DNA of 63,387 bases, filler included, from Trichomonas gallinae (taxonomy: Eukaryota), in assembly GCA_008369845.1 (NCBI GenBank). It is 8 parts of 8 records of this genome, joined end to end, with 100 filler letters (N's around TTAATTAATTAA, not from the genome) between each part and the next. Parts side by side here need not be neighbours in the genome. Positions count along the whole stretch, not along the records: positions 47,103 to 57,724 come from MRSU01000073.1; positions 57,825 to 60,445 come from MRSU01000080.1; positions 60,546 to 63,387 come from MRSU01000088.1; 5 more parts are not named here. One strand, given 5' to 3'. Positions 49,761-61,655 of this stretch are shown one piece after another (position 1 is the stretch's first letter; the number at the start of each line of letters is the position of its first letter). Below the pieces are notes generated by a model, which was given only the letters and a program-made list of their open reading frames with translations, made no database searches and was not told the origin of the DNA. The translations under genes and the position numbers were made by a program.

Positions 49761-52700
49761 TTATACATTAAATAGCTCTGGCTGCAATGAAACCTTGCTA
49801 ATTTTCGTTCCATTAACAATCGTCATCAAAGTTCCAGTTTTGTTGATGTCGAACATGTCAACACTTTCCAAAGAGTGCTGGCGCAAAGATTCGATCTCTT
49901 CACCAGTTAATCTGAAAACTTTGATAAATAATTCATAATCATTTCGAATTCCAACAGAAATGCACTCAACACATCCATGGAAGACTGACTTTTTAGCACT
50001 GATGACATCTCCACAGCTTATCGTGCAGATTAATTCGCCGATGCTGTCTAAAACCGTGATTGTCGAGTTTCCGACTGCGACAACGTTTCCGCTCTTGTAG
50101 ACGAACAAACCTTTCGATGCGTCAACGCCTGAAAGCGTGGAAATGAATCCGCTCTCTATAGATGACAGAACAAGGTTGTTTTCTATGTCTATGCTGCAGA
50201 TCAATCCGCAATCAACTGACATCGCGATTTTCTGGATTGGAGACAAGTGGAATGAAAAACCTCTGATGAAAGCTTGGCCTGGTAGACTCCAGACATTTAT
50301 ATCTCCATGGTTTCCGCCTGTTATCAAGAGTCTTTCTCCTGCTACGGCTGCAGCTGTTATCAAGGAAGACTTGTGGCAGATGAATTTGAGCGAATGCGAA
50401 GAAATATTCTGAATGATGACAAATGATTCGTTGATTGTCGTGTTCTTTTCATTCATGTAAATGATTATGTCGAGGCTTGGGCAGACACCTACAATATTCC
50501 TGTTCATCAGCATTCCATCGAAAGTGTTGTTATTATAAAAAGCTTGTCCGTTTTCTGTTATAGCGAATTTCTTGTTGTAGTAAACAATTTTGTTCGTCAA
50601 ATCTTTCTCTGATAAATCTATCTTCTCTTCTTTGATTGTTCTCTTCTTGTGAGCTGCGTTAAACAGCTTTTCTGGCGGAGAATAAATCAATTTAAATGAA
50701 TCTTCGTTTGCGCTTTTATCATCGATGTTGATGAACTCGCCGAGATTCTTGTTGCCGCGTTCAACTCCATACATAATGTCGAACCACTTGTGTATGTCTT
50801 TGCTCGCGTGCGTCTCTAAGAGAAGCTTGTGGAGTGAAATGAATTTGACAGCAGCTCTCATCGAGCTCGTTTCGTTTTTATCTTGGACTTGTGCCCAGAT
50901 TGGAAGCTCGACGTCTGCTACACCTTCTCCATTCTCGTCCTTCCATATTGGCTTCTTGAGAGTGTCAACTAAAAAGTAAGGGAATGAGAACATTTCTTCG
51001 AGACATTCTGTATGTCTGTCAGAACTCGATGACATTTTGATCCTCGTGAAAGATCTGCCTTTGAACTCTAAGTGTTTTTGATAGTCAAGCTGTATCCTGT
51101 AGAATGGCTGCGTTCTAACCATGTGAATGACAATATCAGGTGGATTGGAATAACCGAAACCGAGAGGAACAGTTGAGGTCCTAAAATCTTCCGCCCTATC
51201 GTCTGACATGTTCGCTCTCGACAAGTCTCTCAGCTCCAGTTTGTCGAAGTCCTGGAATATCCACGGGAAGAATGGATAACAAGTCAAGTTATTAAACGAG
51301 CGGCCGCTTAAAACATTCAAAGCCGCGAGATAACAAAATGTTGTGATTTCGCCGTTCGCCCATCTGTCTTGGATTCCTGTCTCTGAGACTGTCTTCATCA
51401 GGTCGTGCTTGGATCTGTTATTGACAATTCCGTCGTTAATCGATCGTAATTCTGTCAGCAAATCGAACTTTCCTCTTATTTCGGGAATTCTTCCTTTTTC
51501 TTCGATTTTCTCTGAGTTGTTACAATGCCACTTCATTGAAACAATATTCATGAATTCATCTCTTTCTCCACCAGTAGGGAAAACCAAAAACAGCGGAGCA
51601 TTGAACGATGAGAATATTTCGCACGCGATGTCTTTGCCTAGATACTTTCTTTCGAAAATAAACTCGATTTCAGTTATTCTTATATCAACATAAAACTGAA
51701 TGTTTGTCATTGTTGTTCCTTCGAATCTTACGTAGTTTCCATCAGCCCTTGCTACACCAGAGAAGATTCCTTTAATGGAGATCGCCAAAGCGTTCTGCAT
51801 GAAATCAATAGAAGAATAATGTCTCGCTAATGGGAAAATCGAGTCAGAATTCAAGAAATGTGTAGATGTTTTATCTTTGTTTCCTATTTCCATTAGTGTT
51901 CTTCCGCCTTTTCTGTTGACATATGATGAGACTCCGAACGAAGACTTGATGGATTTGTCTGACCACAATGATCCGTTAGTCTTGAAGTAATGCTCGATTT
52001 CCGCCATGTTATTCTCGTGATATTCTTGCCCTCTGTCTGACTTAGACACAAGATAATCGCTGTAGTAATGTTTGTAGCTTGATGGGATGCATGTCCTGAA
52101 TAAAGCATCTTCTCCTGTAGCCAACTTAGACTTTTTCTCGTTGATGCAACCTTCAAGATTCAAATGCACCCTAGACCTGAACAAAATCAACTCGTGCTCG
52201 AACTTGGACGGGAATGTATCACCGAAACTAGCGTAGAAAGATGAAACCGGTCTTACATTTACATCATGAATGTTCTCGAGATCTTCGTGCAGTTTTCCGC
52301 TGATTTTGTTGATGTTTGACACTGCTTGTGTTTGTATTTCTTTTGGAGCCTCTAAAACTTTCGTTGAGATCTTATCTAGGTAAACAGACATTTGGTCATC
52401 ATCTGCAATCTTCGCATATTCGTCAAGTAAATCAATGTAAACCAACAAAACGTTGAATTCGACTCCAAATATTTCCATCTTCTTGTCTATCGCCAAATCT
52501 ACAGTGCTCAATGCGTATTCCAGCAGTTCTTTGTCTTTAGTCGCCTGTTTATTAATAGTTACAGTTGGATTTTGATATAAGTATTCAATATAGTTATTGA
52601 ATTGTCCAGGAATCATTGGAGCCTTTGATTTTGTGAACAAAAATATCTGATACAAACAAAGAGGAACAATGCAGACAAGATAAGAAATTACATCTTTCTG

Positions 52701-55700
52701 TATTATATTTCTTGGGATCTTCTTTAAGACTTGGACTTCTATTTCTTGCCAGTTGTTTTTGTCTTTTGTGTTTATAACAAATAATTCGATTGATCTGAAT
52801 AACTTAGGCAAACCTGATAAATCGCACGAAACAATTGTTGTCAAAATGTCAACATCAACTAAATCGATCGAAAACATATAATAAACTAAGAAGAACTGCC
52901 AGTTCTCACATGCTGCGAATGTTTGGCGGATTTCTATGTTCTTGATTTTGTTCTTCAGCCAGTTTATTGACTCTTTAGGTGTCATCTTGAATGCTATGAT
53001 TCTTAATAACAAAGGAATCGTGTGGTGATGCTTAACTAGCTCTTCTATAAAAGATATATTGAACCCTCCCTGTGAATTAGCGAAATTCATCATAGCCAAT
53101 GTAGTGATTTTTCTCATGTCGAATTCGTTGACGTCGTTTTGCATCTCGTGGTTAATGAATTGCATCAAGAAATTATCCATGCCAAATTCCTGTATTTTAC
53201 TGTCACTCGATCCAAGCATCAATAGCCAAGGCAAGAAACACTCATAGATATTTGCGCTGATGAATTCATAGAGGTCAACTTTCGCCATCAAGTCTTTGAG
53301 TTTCGATAAACTTAAGTTATACCAAAGAGGATAAATGAAAACAAATGATTTGTCGACATTGAACAAATTGTCTTTGATAATCATTTCAGCGAACTCAATG
53401 CAAGGCTTGATATTTTTCTCGAGAGCTCCTCCATAATAAATCATAACCAACTCTCTCTGATGGAAAGCTGTTGGCATTTTGTTGTAGGCTCTAATTGAGT
53501 AGTTTTCGATGAATGATGGAATGTCTTTCATTAATATAGCGAAATCGATATTCAAGAAGAAAGCGGCTGCAACTTTATCATGTAGTTGCGTGTTCAACAA
53601 GTTCACAGCTTCATTCAGGAAGTCTTCTGTTATGAACTCCATGTTTAATTTAATAAGAGAAGACCCGAAATATTTGAAGTAGTCTTTTCTGACGAATTCC
53701 GTACATAGTTTGTCGTCCATGTCGAACATGATTCTGAAGATTTTGAGCAGAATGACTCCGACATTTGCATTCGATGAGTTTGAGTCTTCCCTGTTGCAGA
53801 ACTTTCTCATCACAGGGACCAAACTGTACAAATGGTCCGCGTTTTTGAGAATATCGATGATATTTGATTGCTTGGCTGAAACAGTTCCAGTGATTTTCGC
53901 TGTCAAAGAATTGTTCTCGTAGTCGATGAACTGGATTGTGTTTCCGCTTACGCATCTCGGGGAGTATTTTCTGTAGAACTGTGGAGTATGAAGCGGCTCT
54001 TTGAAGTTTTCAATGAAGTCATGAATCTCTAAATCTTGTGTAATAGATATTGCAGAAATCATGCAATCTAATGACGCAGCGTTCTGAAGTGTAGCAAAAG
54101 AGATGCTGCACTCTTCAGGGTTCTCGTCTAGTGGAATGTTTATTGTTTGCGTTTCGCTGTCTATTTTTATTGTTAAAGCAGGTAGATTGAATATAATGAT
54201 AAAACTCATCCAGCTGCCGATTTTTATGCAATTTTGCGAAAAATTGAGTTTTATTGTTTCTCTACCTATTATTACATATAACTCGCAGTTTCCTTCCTTG
54301 TCGACACGTTTTAACATGATATTTAGCGTTTTATTATTTTTCGTGAACGAAAAAAGTGGATCTTTGAACTGTGTGTTGATGTCTAGCACCATATTTGTTA
54401 TTCTTATCCTGAAAGCAATCGTTGTCATCTGCTGAATCATTACTTTATTATCCCAAATTCCGGAATCTTTCTGGGACATAACAAATGACCACATATCTTG
54501 CGATAACTCGCTCCAATATATCAATTCGAGCAAGATTTGGAAGATTAAATCAGCGAATCTGAAATCATTTGCTTGCAAAGTCTGAATTAACTGCTGAAAC
54601 ATTGATGTAGTGAACTGTGACTGGAAAAGAAGCTTAATTAAGTCAATTGACGACTTCAAAAGCTCATCATTCTCTTTACATTTTTTAATATTTGATAATG
54701 CGAACTTATAAGCGCCTTCGAGCAGCATTTTCTCGGCATTGGCTCTGTGCTGGCCTAATTTTACTAACTTCTTGGAGATTATCAACTCTTTGCCTGCAAT
54801 TTTCGCTCTTTTTAGTAATAATTTGATTCCAGTTGGAAATTGAATAATTGGAGTTGAATCTTCATTGATTTTATCCGCATTTATGTCACCAAGACACAAA
54901 GCTATCAATGGATTCACCAAATCTATTGATGTGCTGCACTTAATTAGATCAAAGAAAAGATGCGGCTCTTGTTTAACGATAAAGTTAGAATAAACTGAGC
55001 TGCTTGATACTAATTCCGTTAAAACACTGATGACTTCAATGTGCAGGTTATATAACTTAGCCTGTGAAATTAACATTTTTAATAATTCGTTTTTATCGAA
55101 ACCGAGGTCCAATGATGCTGCATTGCCTATTAAAATGAGCATATTTTTGGTGATTTCGATGTCTGGACACTCTAAAGCTTTGATAATTGTATTTGTTAAA
55201 TAAAAATCAACGGCATAACTCTTTGCAATGATTTCGATGAATGTATCTGGATGATATAACATCCTTTTCTCAAGTAATTGAACTATAACATATTCTCTTC
55301 CCGTATCTTTGAAGACTGTTATTGGAATCGTGTCTCCTGGGAACTTGTAGATCAAATATCTAAGGAAATCATATATGAAATCGTTAGTTAGAGCGTAAAC
55401 AGCTAACTTTGAGATGATTTCTTGCGAGTTTTTAACGAATCTGCTGAATTTCGCGATTGGCTGAGTCATGAAGTGCAAAAACAGTGGATAAAAGTGGTAA
55501 AACATGTTCTCATCGTCCAGTAATGCTGATATTGCGCTTGGAACGTGCGATTGTGGATTAAAATAAAATTTCGACAAAAGACGAAGAATTGAGTCACGAA
55601 CTTCCAACGAATACTTCTTTCCGAAGACTTTTCTGGATACAAAAGACTGCAAATTGACTGTTGGCGCGAAGAAAAAGTTATTTTGAAGTTCTGATGATAA

Positions 55701-56852
55701 AATAAAGGACATAACAAGTGCAGCTCTGTTGTATTCGAGATCTGACATCTTCTCGCAGTTCTTGATGAACTTATCAATGTAAGTATTCAACTGGAAGATT
55801 TTACAAAATTCGATAAAGTTAGGAAGCAGTTTATTCGCTATTTCGTTGATTCTGTACTTGTTTTCAGTGTCTAAAATGTAATCCTGGTGGTCTTTTATGT
55901 ATTTTTCCAGATTTATTTTTTCAATTTGATAATTTGTCGATGGAATTTTTAAATCTAACTCGAATTGTATTGCCTGGAAGAAGCATTGCCATATATTGAA
56001 GTTAGTTTCGAAAAAATCCGAATCAAATCTGATTTGATCGGTATTTGCTGAAAGAATTTGATTATAAGCATAATTAATCATGTCAGACCATGATTCAGTA
56101 ATCATTGCATCCAATGGATATCTGTAAAATGAATAAATTAAATTTTGTGATATTAAAACATTCTCATCTTGCGATCTTGTATCACTCGATAGCGAGAGCA
56201 TGTTTGTAAATTGCCTAAGAAATGCATCTGTTGTGTTTTTATTTGGATTTTTGAAAAATGTTTCAATAAAATCGTGAGATATCTTAAATAACTTGTGTGA
56301 TGAGCCCTTAAACTCGTATAGATTGTAAAGCTTGTAGACTCCTTCCAAAATAATCATCGCGTAAATTTGATATTCAAAATTTTCTTTCATTTTGTTGATT
56401 AAAATCATCAAAACGTTCTTAATAAGCGTCAACACGTAGTCAAGTTTCTCGATCTTTTTGATATTGCAAGAAGAAATAAAATCGAAATAACGATTAAACA
56501 CTGAATAAGGGCCCAAAACCAGCTGAACTAGTTCAGTGTTGAGTATGCTTGAAAATCGTAGCTCTATGTGAAGTATTGCGCGATGCATCATCGATAATAT
56601 TTCTTTTTCGTTTAGAGGAGTTTTATATTCTTGAATACGTGCAAAAAACGCAACCTCTTCTGCTATTACTGGCTTAGAGAGACCGAAAGTGTCAATAACA
56701 ATCGTTTTTCGATCTCGCAAAGGTTTAAACTTAGGATCATCGAATTTCTTCTTCAAAATCTCAGGCACCTGGTTGAGTAGGTCCTGGCTGATCTGATTGT
56801 AGCTCGCCGTGAAGTTTAGTTTAGCAAAATCTATAAATTCATTATTTTCCAT
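49761..56852 (-). CDS. Beige/BEACH domain protein (PH-BEACH-WD40 C-terminus), 2363 aa
   Basis: IEFIFERKYL…ACEIF (PH), RWANGEITTFCYLAALNVLSGRSFNNLTCYPFFPWIF, DVELPIWA, IHKWFDIMYG and C-terminal WD40 repeats. Confidence 0.9.
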   Translation of the reverse strand: MENNEFIDFAKLNFTASYNQISQDLLNQVPEILKKKFDDPKFKPLRDRKTIVIDTFGLSKPVIAEEVAFFARIQEYKTPLNEKEILSMMHRAILHIELRFSSILNTELVQLVLGPYSVFNRYFDFISSCNIKKIEKLDYVLTLIKNVLMILINKMKENFEYQIYAMIILEGVYKLYNLYEFKGSSHKLFKISHDFIETFFKNPNKNTTDAFLRQFTNMLSLSSDTRSQDENVLISQNLIYSFYRYPLDAMITESWSDMINYAYNQILSANTDQIRFDSDFFETNFNIWQCFFQAIQFELDLKIPSTNYQIEKINLEKYIKDHQDYILDTENKYRINEIANKLLPNFIEFCKIFQLNTYIDKFIKNCEKMSDLEYNRAALVMSFILSSELQNNFFFAPTVNLQSFVSRKVFGKKYSLEVRDSILRLLSKFYFNPQSHVPSAISALLDDENMFYHFYPLFLHFMTQPIAKFSRFVKNSQEIISKLAVYALTNDFIYDFLRYLIYKFPGDTIPITVFKDTGREYVIVQLLEKRMLYHPDTFIEIIAKSYAVDFYLTNTIIKALECPDIEITKNMLILIGNAASLDLGFDKNELLKMLISQAKLYNLHIEVISVLTELVSSSSVYSNFIVKQEPHLFFDLIKCSTSIDLVNPLIALCLGDINADKINEDSTPIIQFPTGIKLLLKRAKIAGKELIISKKLVKLGQHRANAEKMLLEGAYKFALSNIKKCKENDELLKSSIDLIKLLFQSQFTTSMFQQLIQTLQANDFRFADLIFQILLELIYWSELSQDMWSFVMSQKDSGIWDNKVMIQQMTTIAFRIRITNMVLDINTQFKDPLFSFTKNNKTLNIMLKRVDKEGNCELYVIIGRETIKLNFSQNCIKIGSWMSFIIIFNLPALTIKIDSETQTINIPLDENPEECSISFATLQNAASLDCMISAISITQDLEIHDFIENFKEPLHTPQFYRKYSPRCVSGNTIQFIDYENNSLTAKITGTVSAKQSNIIDILKNADHLYSLVPVMRKFCNREDSNSSNANVGVILLKIFRIMFDMDDKLCTEFVRKDYFKYFGSSLIKLNMEFITEDFLNEAVNLLNTQLHDKVAAAFFLNIDFAILMKDIPSFIENYSIRAYNKMPTAFHQRELVMIYYGGALEKNIKPCIEFAEMIIKDNLFNVDKSFVFIYPLWYNLSLSKLKDLMAKVDLYEFISANIYECFLPWLLMLGSSDSKIQEFGMDNFLMQFINHEMQNDVNEFDMRKITTLAMMNFANSQGGFNISFIEELVKHHHTIPLLLRIIAFKMTPKESINWLKNKIKNIEIRQTFAACENWQFFLVYYMFSIDLVDVDILTTIVSCDLSGLPKLFRSIELFVINTKDKNNWQEIEVQVLKKIPRNIIQKDVISYLVCIVPLCLYQIFLFTKSKAPMIPGQFNNYIEYLYQNPTVTINKQATKDKELLEYALSTVDLAIDKKMEIFGVEFNVLLVYIDLLDEYAKIADDDQMSVYLDKISTKVLEAPKEIQTQAVSNINKISGKLHEDLENIHDVNVRPVSSFYASFGDTFPSKFEHELILFRSRVHLNLEGCINEKKSKLATGEDALFRTCIPSSYKHYYSDYLVSKSDRGQEYHENNMAEIEHYFKTNGSLWSDKSIKSSFGVSSYVNRKGGRTLMEIGNKDKTSTHFLNSDSIFPLARHYSSIDFMQNALAISIKGIFSGVARADGNYVRFEGTTMTNIQFYVDIRITEIEFIFERKYLGKDIACEIFSSFNAPLFLVFPTGGERDEFMNIVSMKWHCNNSEKIEEKGRIPEIRGKFDLLTELRSINDGIVNNRSKHDLMKTVSETGIQDRWANGEITTFCYLAALNVLSGRSFNNLTCYPFFPWIFQDFDKLELRDLSRANMSDDRAEDFRTSTVPLGFGYSNPPDIVIHMVRTQPFYRIQLDYQKHLEFKGRSFTRIKMSSSSDRHTECLEEMFSFPYFLVDTLKKPIWKDENGEGVADVELPIWAQVQDKNETSSMRAAVKFISLHKLLLETHASKDIHKWFDIMYGVERGNKNLGEFINIDDKSANEDSFKLIYSPPEKLFNAAHKKRTIKEEKIDLSEKDLTNKIVYYNKKFAITENGQAFYNNNTFDGMLMNRNIVGVCPSLDIIIYMNEKNTTINESFVIIQNISSHSLKFICHKSSLITAAAVAGERLLITGGNHGDINVWSLPGQAFIRGFSFHLSPIQKIAMSVDCGLICSIDIENNLVLSSIESGFISTLSGVDASKGLFVYKSGNVVAVGNSTITVLDSIGELICTISCGDVISAKKSVFHGCVECISVGIRNDYELFIKVFRLTGEEIESLRQHSLESVDMFDINKTGTLMTIVNGTKISKVSLQPELFNV

Positions 56853-57724
56853 TTTTTTTATTGTAAAAATTTGACGCTAAAATTTTATTTAAAATTTTAC
56901 TCAATTTTATTTAAATATGAGCTTTTTACATGATAATTCATAATTCTGCCGAATAATTTTTGAAAAATATTGATTGTATGGATAATTTATAATTTTTTCT
57001 TGGTGATTTTATTTGTAAAACCCATGCATCACTAGAACATATTATATACATTATTATCATGGACCTAATTATAGAATATTGCATGATTTGCTTCTGTATT
57101 TGCATTGGATATTGGTGGATTTATAAAAATTTGCGAGTTCTAGCTTGATAACATTAGGGCATCATTATTACATGAAAAATATTCTAAATATTAACAAATA
57201 ACATGTGTAATTTGGTTTTTATAATTCAACATAATTTAATTAGCATGCTATGGAAGAAGGACAATTAATTTACAATACAAAACTCCATAGAATATGATAT
57301 ATATGCATATGAATCATGAAATAAGGTATAACATATATTTTTGAAATTTTTATATTGAAAAATAAGGTATTTTCGTCCCAGCAATTTAAAAATATTTTAT
57401 ACAGATGAAATAAAGTCTAATACAACATTGACAGTAGTCAAAAGGCAATGATAAGTTTTATCCGACAATGAAATAACTTGAATAAATTGATGATAAGTGG
57501 ATTTCTGTGATCTATAGTAAGTAATATGATTAATTGTATCATAAAATCGAATTAAGTTATATTTGATAAGAGTAATCCCCTTTAATTTTTATAAATCATA
57601 TTTTTAGATTATTTATATAATAATTATTTAAAAAAATATTAGGGGATTTGTAAATTTTTGTAAAGAATTCGAACAAACTAATTCAAAAAAAAAAAAAAAA
57701 AAAAAAATGGCGCCAAAAAAGTGC

Positions 57725-57824
57725 NNNNNNNNNNNNNNNNNNNNNNNNNNNNNNNNNNNNNNNNNNNNTTAATTAATTAANNNNNNNNNNNNNNNNNNNN
57801 NNNNNNNNNNNNNNNNNNNNNNNN
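57725..57824. other. Artificial contig linker
   Basis: N44-TTAATTAATTAA-N44. Confidence 0.98.
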
Positions 57825-57825
57825 T

Positions 57826-57903
57826 GTTGCCGGTGCTGCCGCCGGTGCATTCTTCTTCATCAAGAAGAAAGGCAGCAAGGTCTCACCTGCAGAGAAACCA
57901 TAA
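57826..57903 (+). CDS. 3' end of a single-pass membrane protein (…VAGAAAGAFFFIKKKGSKVSPAEKP*)
   Basis: 25 open codons from the gap to TAA 57901-57903: end of a TM helix, a basic stop-transfer motif and a short tail; TAAA overlaps the stop. Confidence 0.75.
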   Translation, partial: VAGAAAGAFFFIKKKGSKVSPAEKP

Positions 57904-58430
57904 ATTAAACCATAGCATTTATTGTTTTAAATACCTAATTTTTTAGAGATATGACTTGGCTCGAATATATATTATGATTGTAAAAAAATTATATTTAATA
58001 AACTTCCATCCTATGGTTGAAATATACTCTTTATTTTCTTTGCTTAAGAAAAAATTTCCCGTTGTTTTAAAATGTTGCAATCTGTGATATTTTATTTTTA
58101 TTCTGTGAATTTGTTTTCATAAATTATTATAACTTAATTGAAAAAAATTTCATAACCAATTGAAAATAATACAAAAATTTTCCTCCAAATGATTGTTATA
58201 ATGGAACTTTCTTTGGATAATTCGCTACAGTCAAATAATTAATTGAAATTGATTTTCAATTCTTGATCCTATTTTTATAAATTATCATGATATTTTGATA
58301 CAATATGTTAAATAAATTCATTTTATAAGTGGAAAACGAATTTATCCATTTAGTTAAAATTGAAAAATTTGAATTTTTTTTAAATGGTTTATAGTTTTTT
58401 CCGTTATTTTTCATTTTTACAATCACATAA

Positions 58431-60445
58431 ATGCTAGCAATCTTTCTCAGATTATGCACTCCGACTGAAGAAACCTTTTCATGTGCACTTAAAACTCCAG
58501 ATACAAACACATTCACTAAAGAAGGCTCAATAGAATTCACTTGCTCTGGTTTTACTTTAGCTGACGGTGAATCCCTTAAAGCAAAGCTTGGTGAATTCAA
58601 TGCTGACAAAGAACAATACAATTTGCATAAAGATGCTTGGACAGCAGCAGGGGATATCACTCTTGATTACACAGCAGTTGACAAAGTTTATTCCTCTGTA
58701 ACTTTTGCTATCATACCAGCTAATGCCGATATCGCAAAGCATTCCCAAGTAGAACTTCACATTCTTCCAATTCCAACACTTAGTTCTGTCGTTAGAACTG
58801 ATACTCAAAACCCAATTTACATTAACACAGAACTAACTTTCAAAGCTACAATTTCGAACACATTTATTCCAACTGGAACCACGCCAAAAATCAAAGTTGC
58901 TATTTATGAGGCATCTATAGAAAATAAAGAAAACTTTGATTCACTATCACCATCGGAAATTGATTTAAAGCGCAATGGTGATACAAATGAATACTCATTT
59001 ACTTATAGATTCCCAGAAACTACAGAACCCAAAGCCTACAAAATGATTGCTCAGTTCAAAGATGCTAAAGATCAAGAATCCGGTTTTGTATCCACTGATA
59101 CTTTCGCTGTTTCTCCACCATCCATTGAATGCTCACCAGTTGATAATAAAAAGGACTTTGCATTAAATAGCCAAGAAGTTAAAGCTAAATGCACAATCAA
59201 AGGCTCAGCAGCTACAGCATTCAAAGCTAAACCAGGTGAACCAGCAGATGCAGTTGCAAATTATCCTGTTACATGCACTTATAAAACTGAAGATACATCT
59301 ATCACATGCGATTTCCAATCAAATGAAGAGGAATCAAACAAGATTTCAATTGTATTATATTCTGGAACAGATACTGTTATCACTAAAACATCAGTTGAAT
59401 TTAATTTGGTTCCACAAATCTCAGCTAACAATCTTGATTGGGCTGAATCCCAACCTCCCAAGATTTATAAAGATGATACATTATCTTTCAAATTAACAAT
59501 TGAAAAACCAACAATGACCAAATTAGCAGCCAAAGCCGAATTAGTTGCATCTGATGCTGAAGCATTGTCTAATAAAGCAACAGCTGTTGAATTGAAGAGA
59601 AAGGATTCCACAAATGAATACAACTTTGATTTTGTTGTTCCACAGGATACAAAACCAGCAACCTACAAACTCATGCTCAAGCTCACAAACTTAGTGGGTG
59701 ATGACGAAGTATTATCTAAAAGCGATATTATTGTATTGGAAAAGCCAAAATTAGATTGCAAGGTTGTTGGTAATAAGAACTTAAAGGCAGTAGGAAAGAT
59801 AGAGCTGACATGCGAAGTTTCAGAAAGCATTGCCGATAAGAAATACAAATATAGTTTTGATGGCACAGAATACAAAGGAGAAGGTGTGAAATTAGATGAT
59901 TCTAAGAAGCTTACATTTACATATACAAAACAAGAGTCACCTGTTGCTAAAATTTATGTTGCTGCTTTCGAAGGTGATAGTTCTGATGTTAAAGTTGTTT
60001 CATCAATGATTGATGCTGCAATATTCCCAGAACCTAAAATAACAAGCATTGTTGATACAGCACCAGGAGAGACAATGTACATTGTTGGAAACGATATCAA
60101 AGTGAAAATAACACCCGAAAAGTTTTATCTCCTTGAGGAAGCAACAATTATTTACGGATTCATATCTGAAACAGCCGATGAAATTAAAACACCAGTCACG
60201 GCATCATCAAAGCCAGATAAGTCTGAGGATGTATACATGCTCACAATACAAGTCCCAGATAGTGAAAAAGTTGCAGGAGCAAAATTCCTTAAGATGCAAT
60301 TTACAGATAAAGCAGAACAATCAGCAGATGCAACAACATCAGAAAAGATCAAATTCAGACAGACATACTTCATCACATCTCCAAAGATCAACTCTGCATC
60401 AGGATCAAGCGCAGAAGAAACCAAGTTCAAGAAGGGCGATGTCAT
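58431..60445 (+). CDS. Large secreted/surface protein with ~210-aa Ig-like repeats, 3'-truncated by gap
   Basis: Short hydrophobic leader MLAIFLRLC. Repeated DLKRNGDTNEYSF…PETTEPKAYKM (58962) and ELKRKDSTNEYNF…PQDTKPATYKL (59589), 627 nt apart. Confidence 0.85.
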
Positions 60446-60545
60446 NNNNNNNNNNNNNNNNNNNNNNNNNNNNNNNNNNNNNNNNNNNNTTAATTAATTA
60501 ANNNNNNNNNNNNNNNNNNNNNNNNNNNNNNNNNNNNNNNNNNNN
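60446..60545. other. Artificial contig linker
   Basis: N44-TTAATTAATTAA-N44. Confidence 0.98.
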
Positions 60546-60766
60546 TTCGTTCATGCCTTATATTATTTTCTCACCATGTCATGCTGGATCTACCATATGA
60601 GTTTCAAGAAGAAATCCGGTAAGAGCCGAAGTTTCCCCCCTTTTCTAAAACGAATAATAATCATTTTATTTTAACCTTTTTTCGTTGATGGTTTTGCCTT
60701 ATAATTTACAGCCTTTGCCTATAATTAATTAACAGAGAAATCAATGATGTATAATCTTAATTATTG

Positions 60767-60832
60767 TAATAATTATGGCCTTTTAACAGAAAAATTATAT
60801 TGAAATTGAAGAGGTAGAGGCCATAATTATTA
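60767..60832. repeat. Perfect 15-bp inverted repeat with 36-bp spacer
   Basis: TAATAATTATGGCCT (60767-60781) and AGGCCATAATTATTA (60818-60832). Confidence 0.75.
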
Positions 60833-61629
60833 TGCTGTAGTATTTTTCGACACTTTTTGGTGAGTTTTAAAAATTGATTTGACTGAAATATTAACATATA
60901 TGATAAGTATAGTTATTTATTAACGATAGAAAATCCATCGGATAACCTTTTAGATTTTACTGGCAATTTTATCTCTTCTTCAACGTTTTATGAATCATTA
61001 ACTCAAAATACCATATAAATACATATTTTAATGCATAAATATGTCAGGTTATCTCTTAACTATGTCATCTTAATTTTTGAAATGTAAATTTTTCTCTATA
61101 AATACCAAATTTTAAACATCTTTAGATCAAATATGTTTCAAATTTCGTTTTGTTTATCATTAAATGTTAGATTTTAGTAAAACCAAAAAAATTGGTTCAT
61201 TTAAGCCTGTTCTCTCGATATTTCCAGAGTATCTAATTATTCCAATTATAACCATCGCATCAATTTGTCCTATCTTCAATGTGATTTCAATAGTACTCAT
61301 CGAATTCGACGAGCAATTCGTAAAAACCCGATAATATTGGAATATAGAACCATTATATTATTCCTGTATTACACAGAACTGATACAATTATATCTTCAAA
61401 ACAATGATATTCGTGAAGCCTTGGGCTAACCATTTTATTAGATTCTCAATTTCCAAAAAAAGCTTACATATCAAGCGAAATCTCATTCACAACTTCAGCA
61501 AGAGAGGAAATGGTAGTTTGTCAGCAGGTTTAATCAATTTATTTTTGAATTTTCACTAAGAAAAATAAGAAACCGATTTTTTTTTTGATTTATTAAGCCA
61601 ATGGGTGTACACAGAAAAGGAATCCGCTG

Positions 61630-61655
61630 ATATATATATATATGTGTGTGTGTGT
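61630..61655. repeat. Compound microsatellite (AT)n(GT)n
   Basis: ATATATATATATATGTGTGTGTGTGT. Confidence 0.8.

Noticed and set aside
57707..57724. ATG GCG CCA AAA AAG TGC (MAPKKC) after a poly-A run at a contig end
   Set aside because: Only six codons before the gap; cannot distinguish a gene start from a repeat end.
8684..60545. Seven identical TTAATTAATTAA palindromes inside N-runs, superficially a repeat system
   Set aside because: Fixed 44N-12-44N structure with stops in all six frames is a synthetic joining linker; adjacency across it has no biological meaning.
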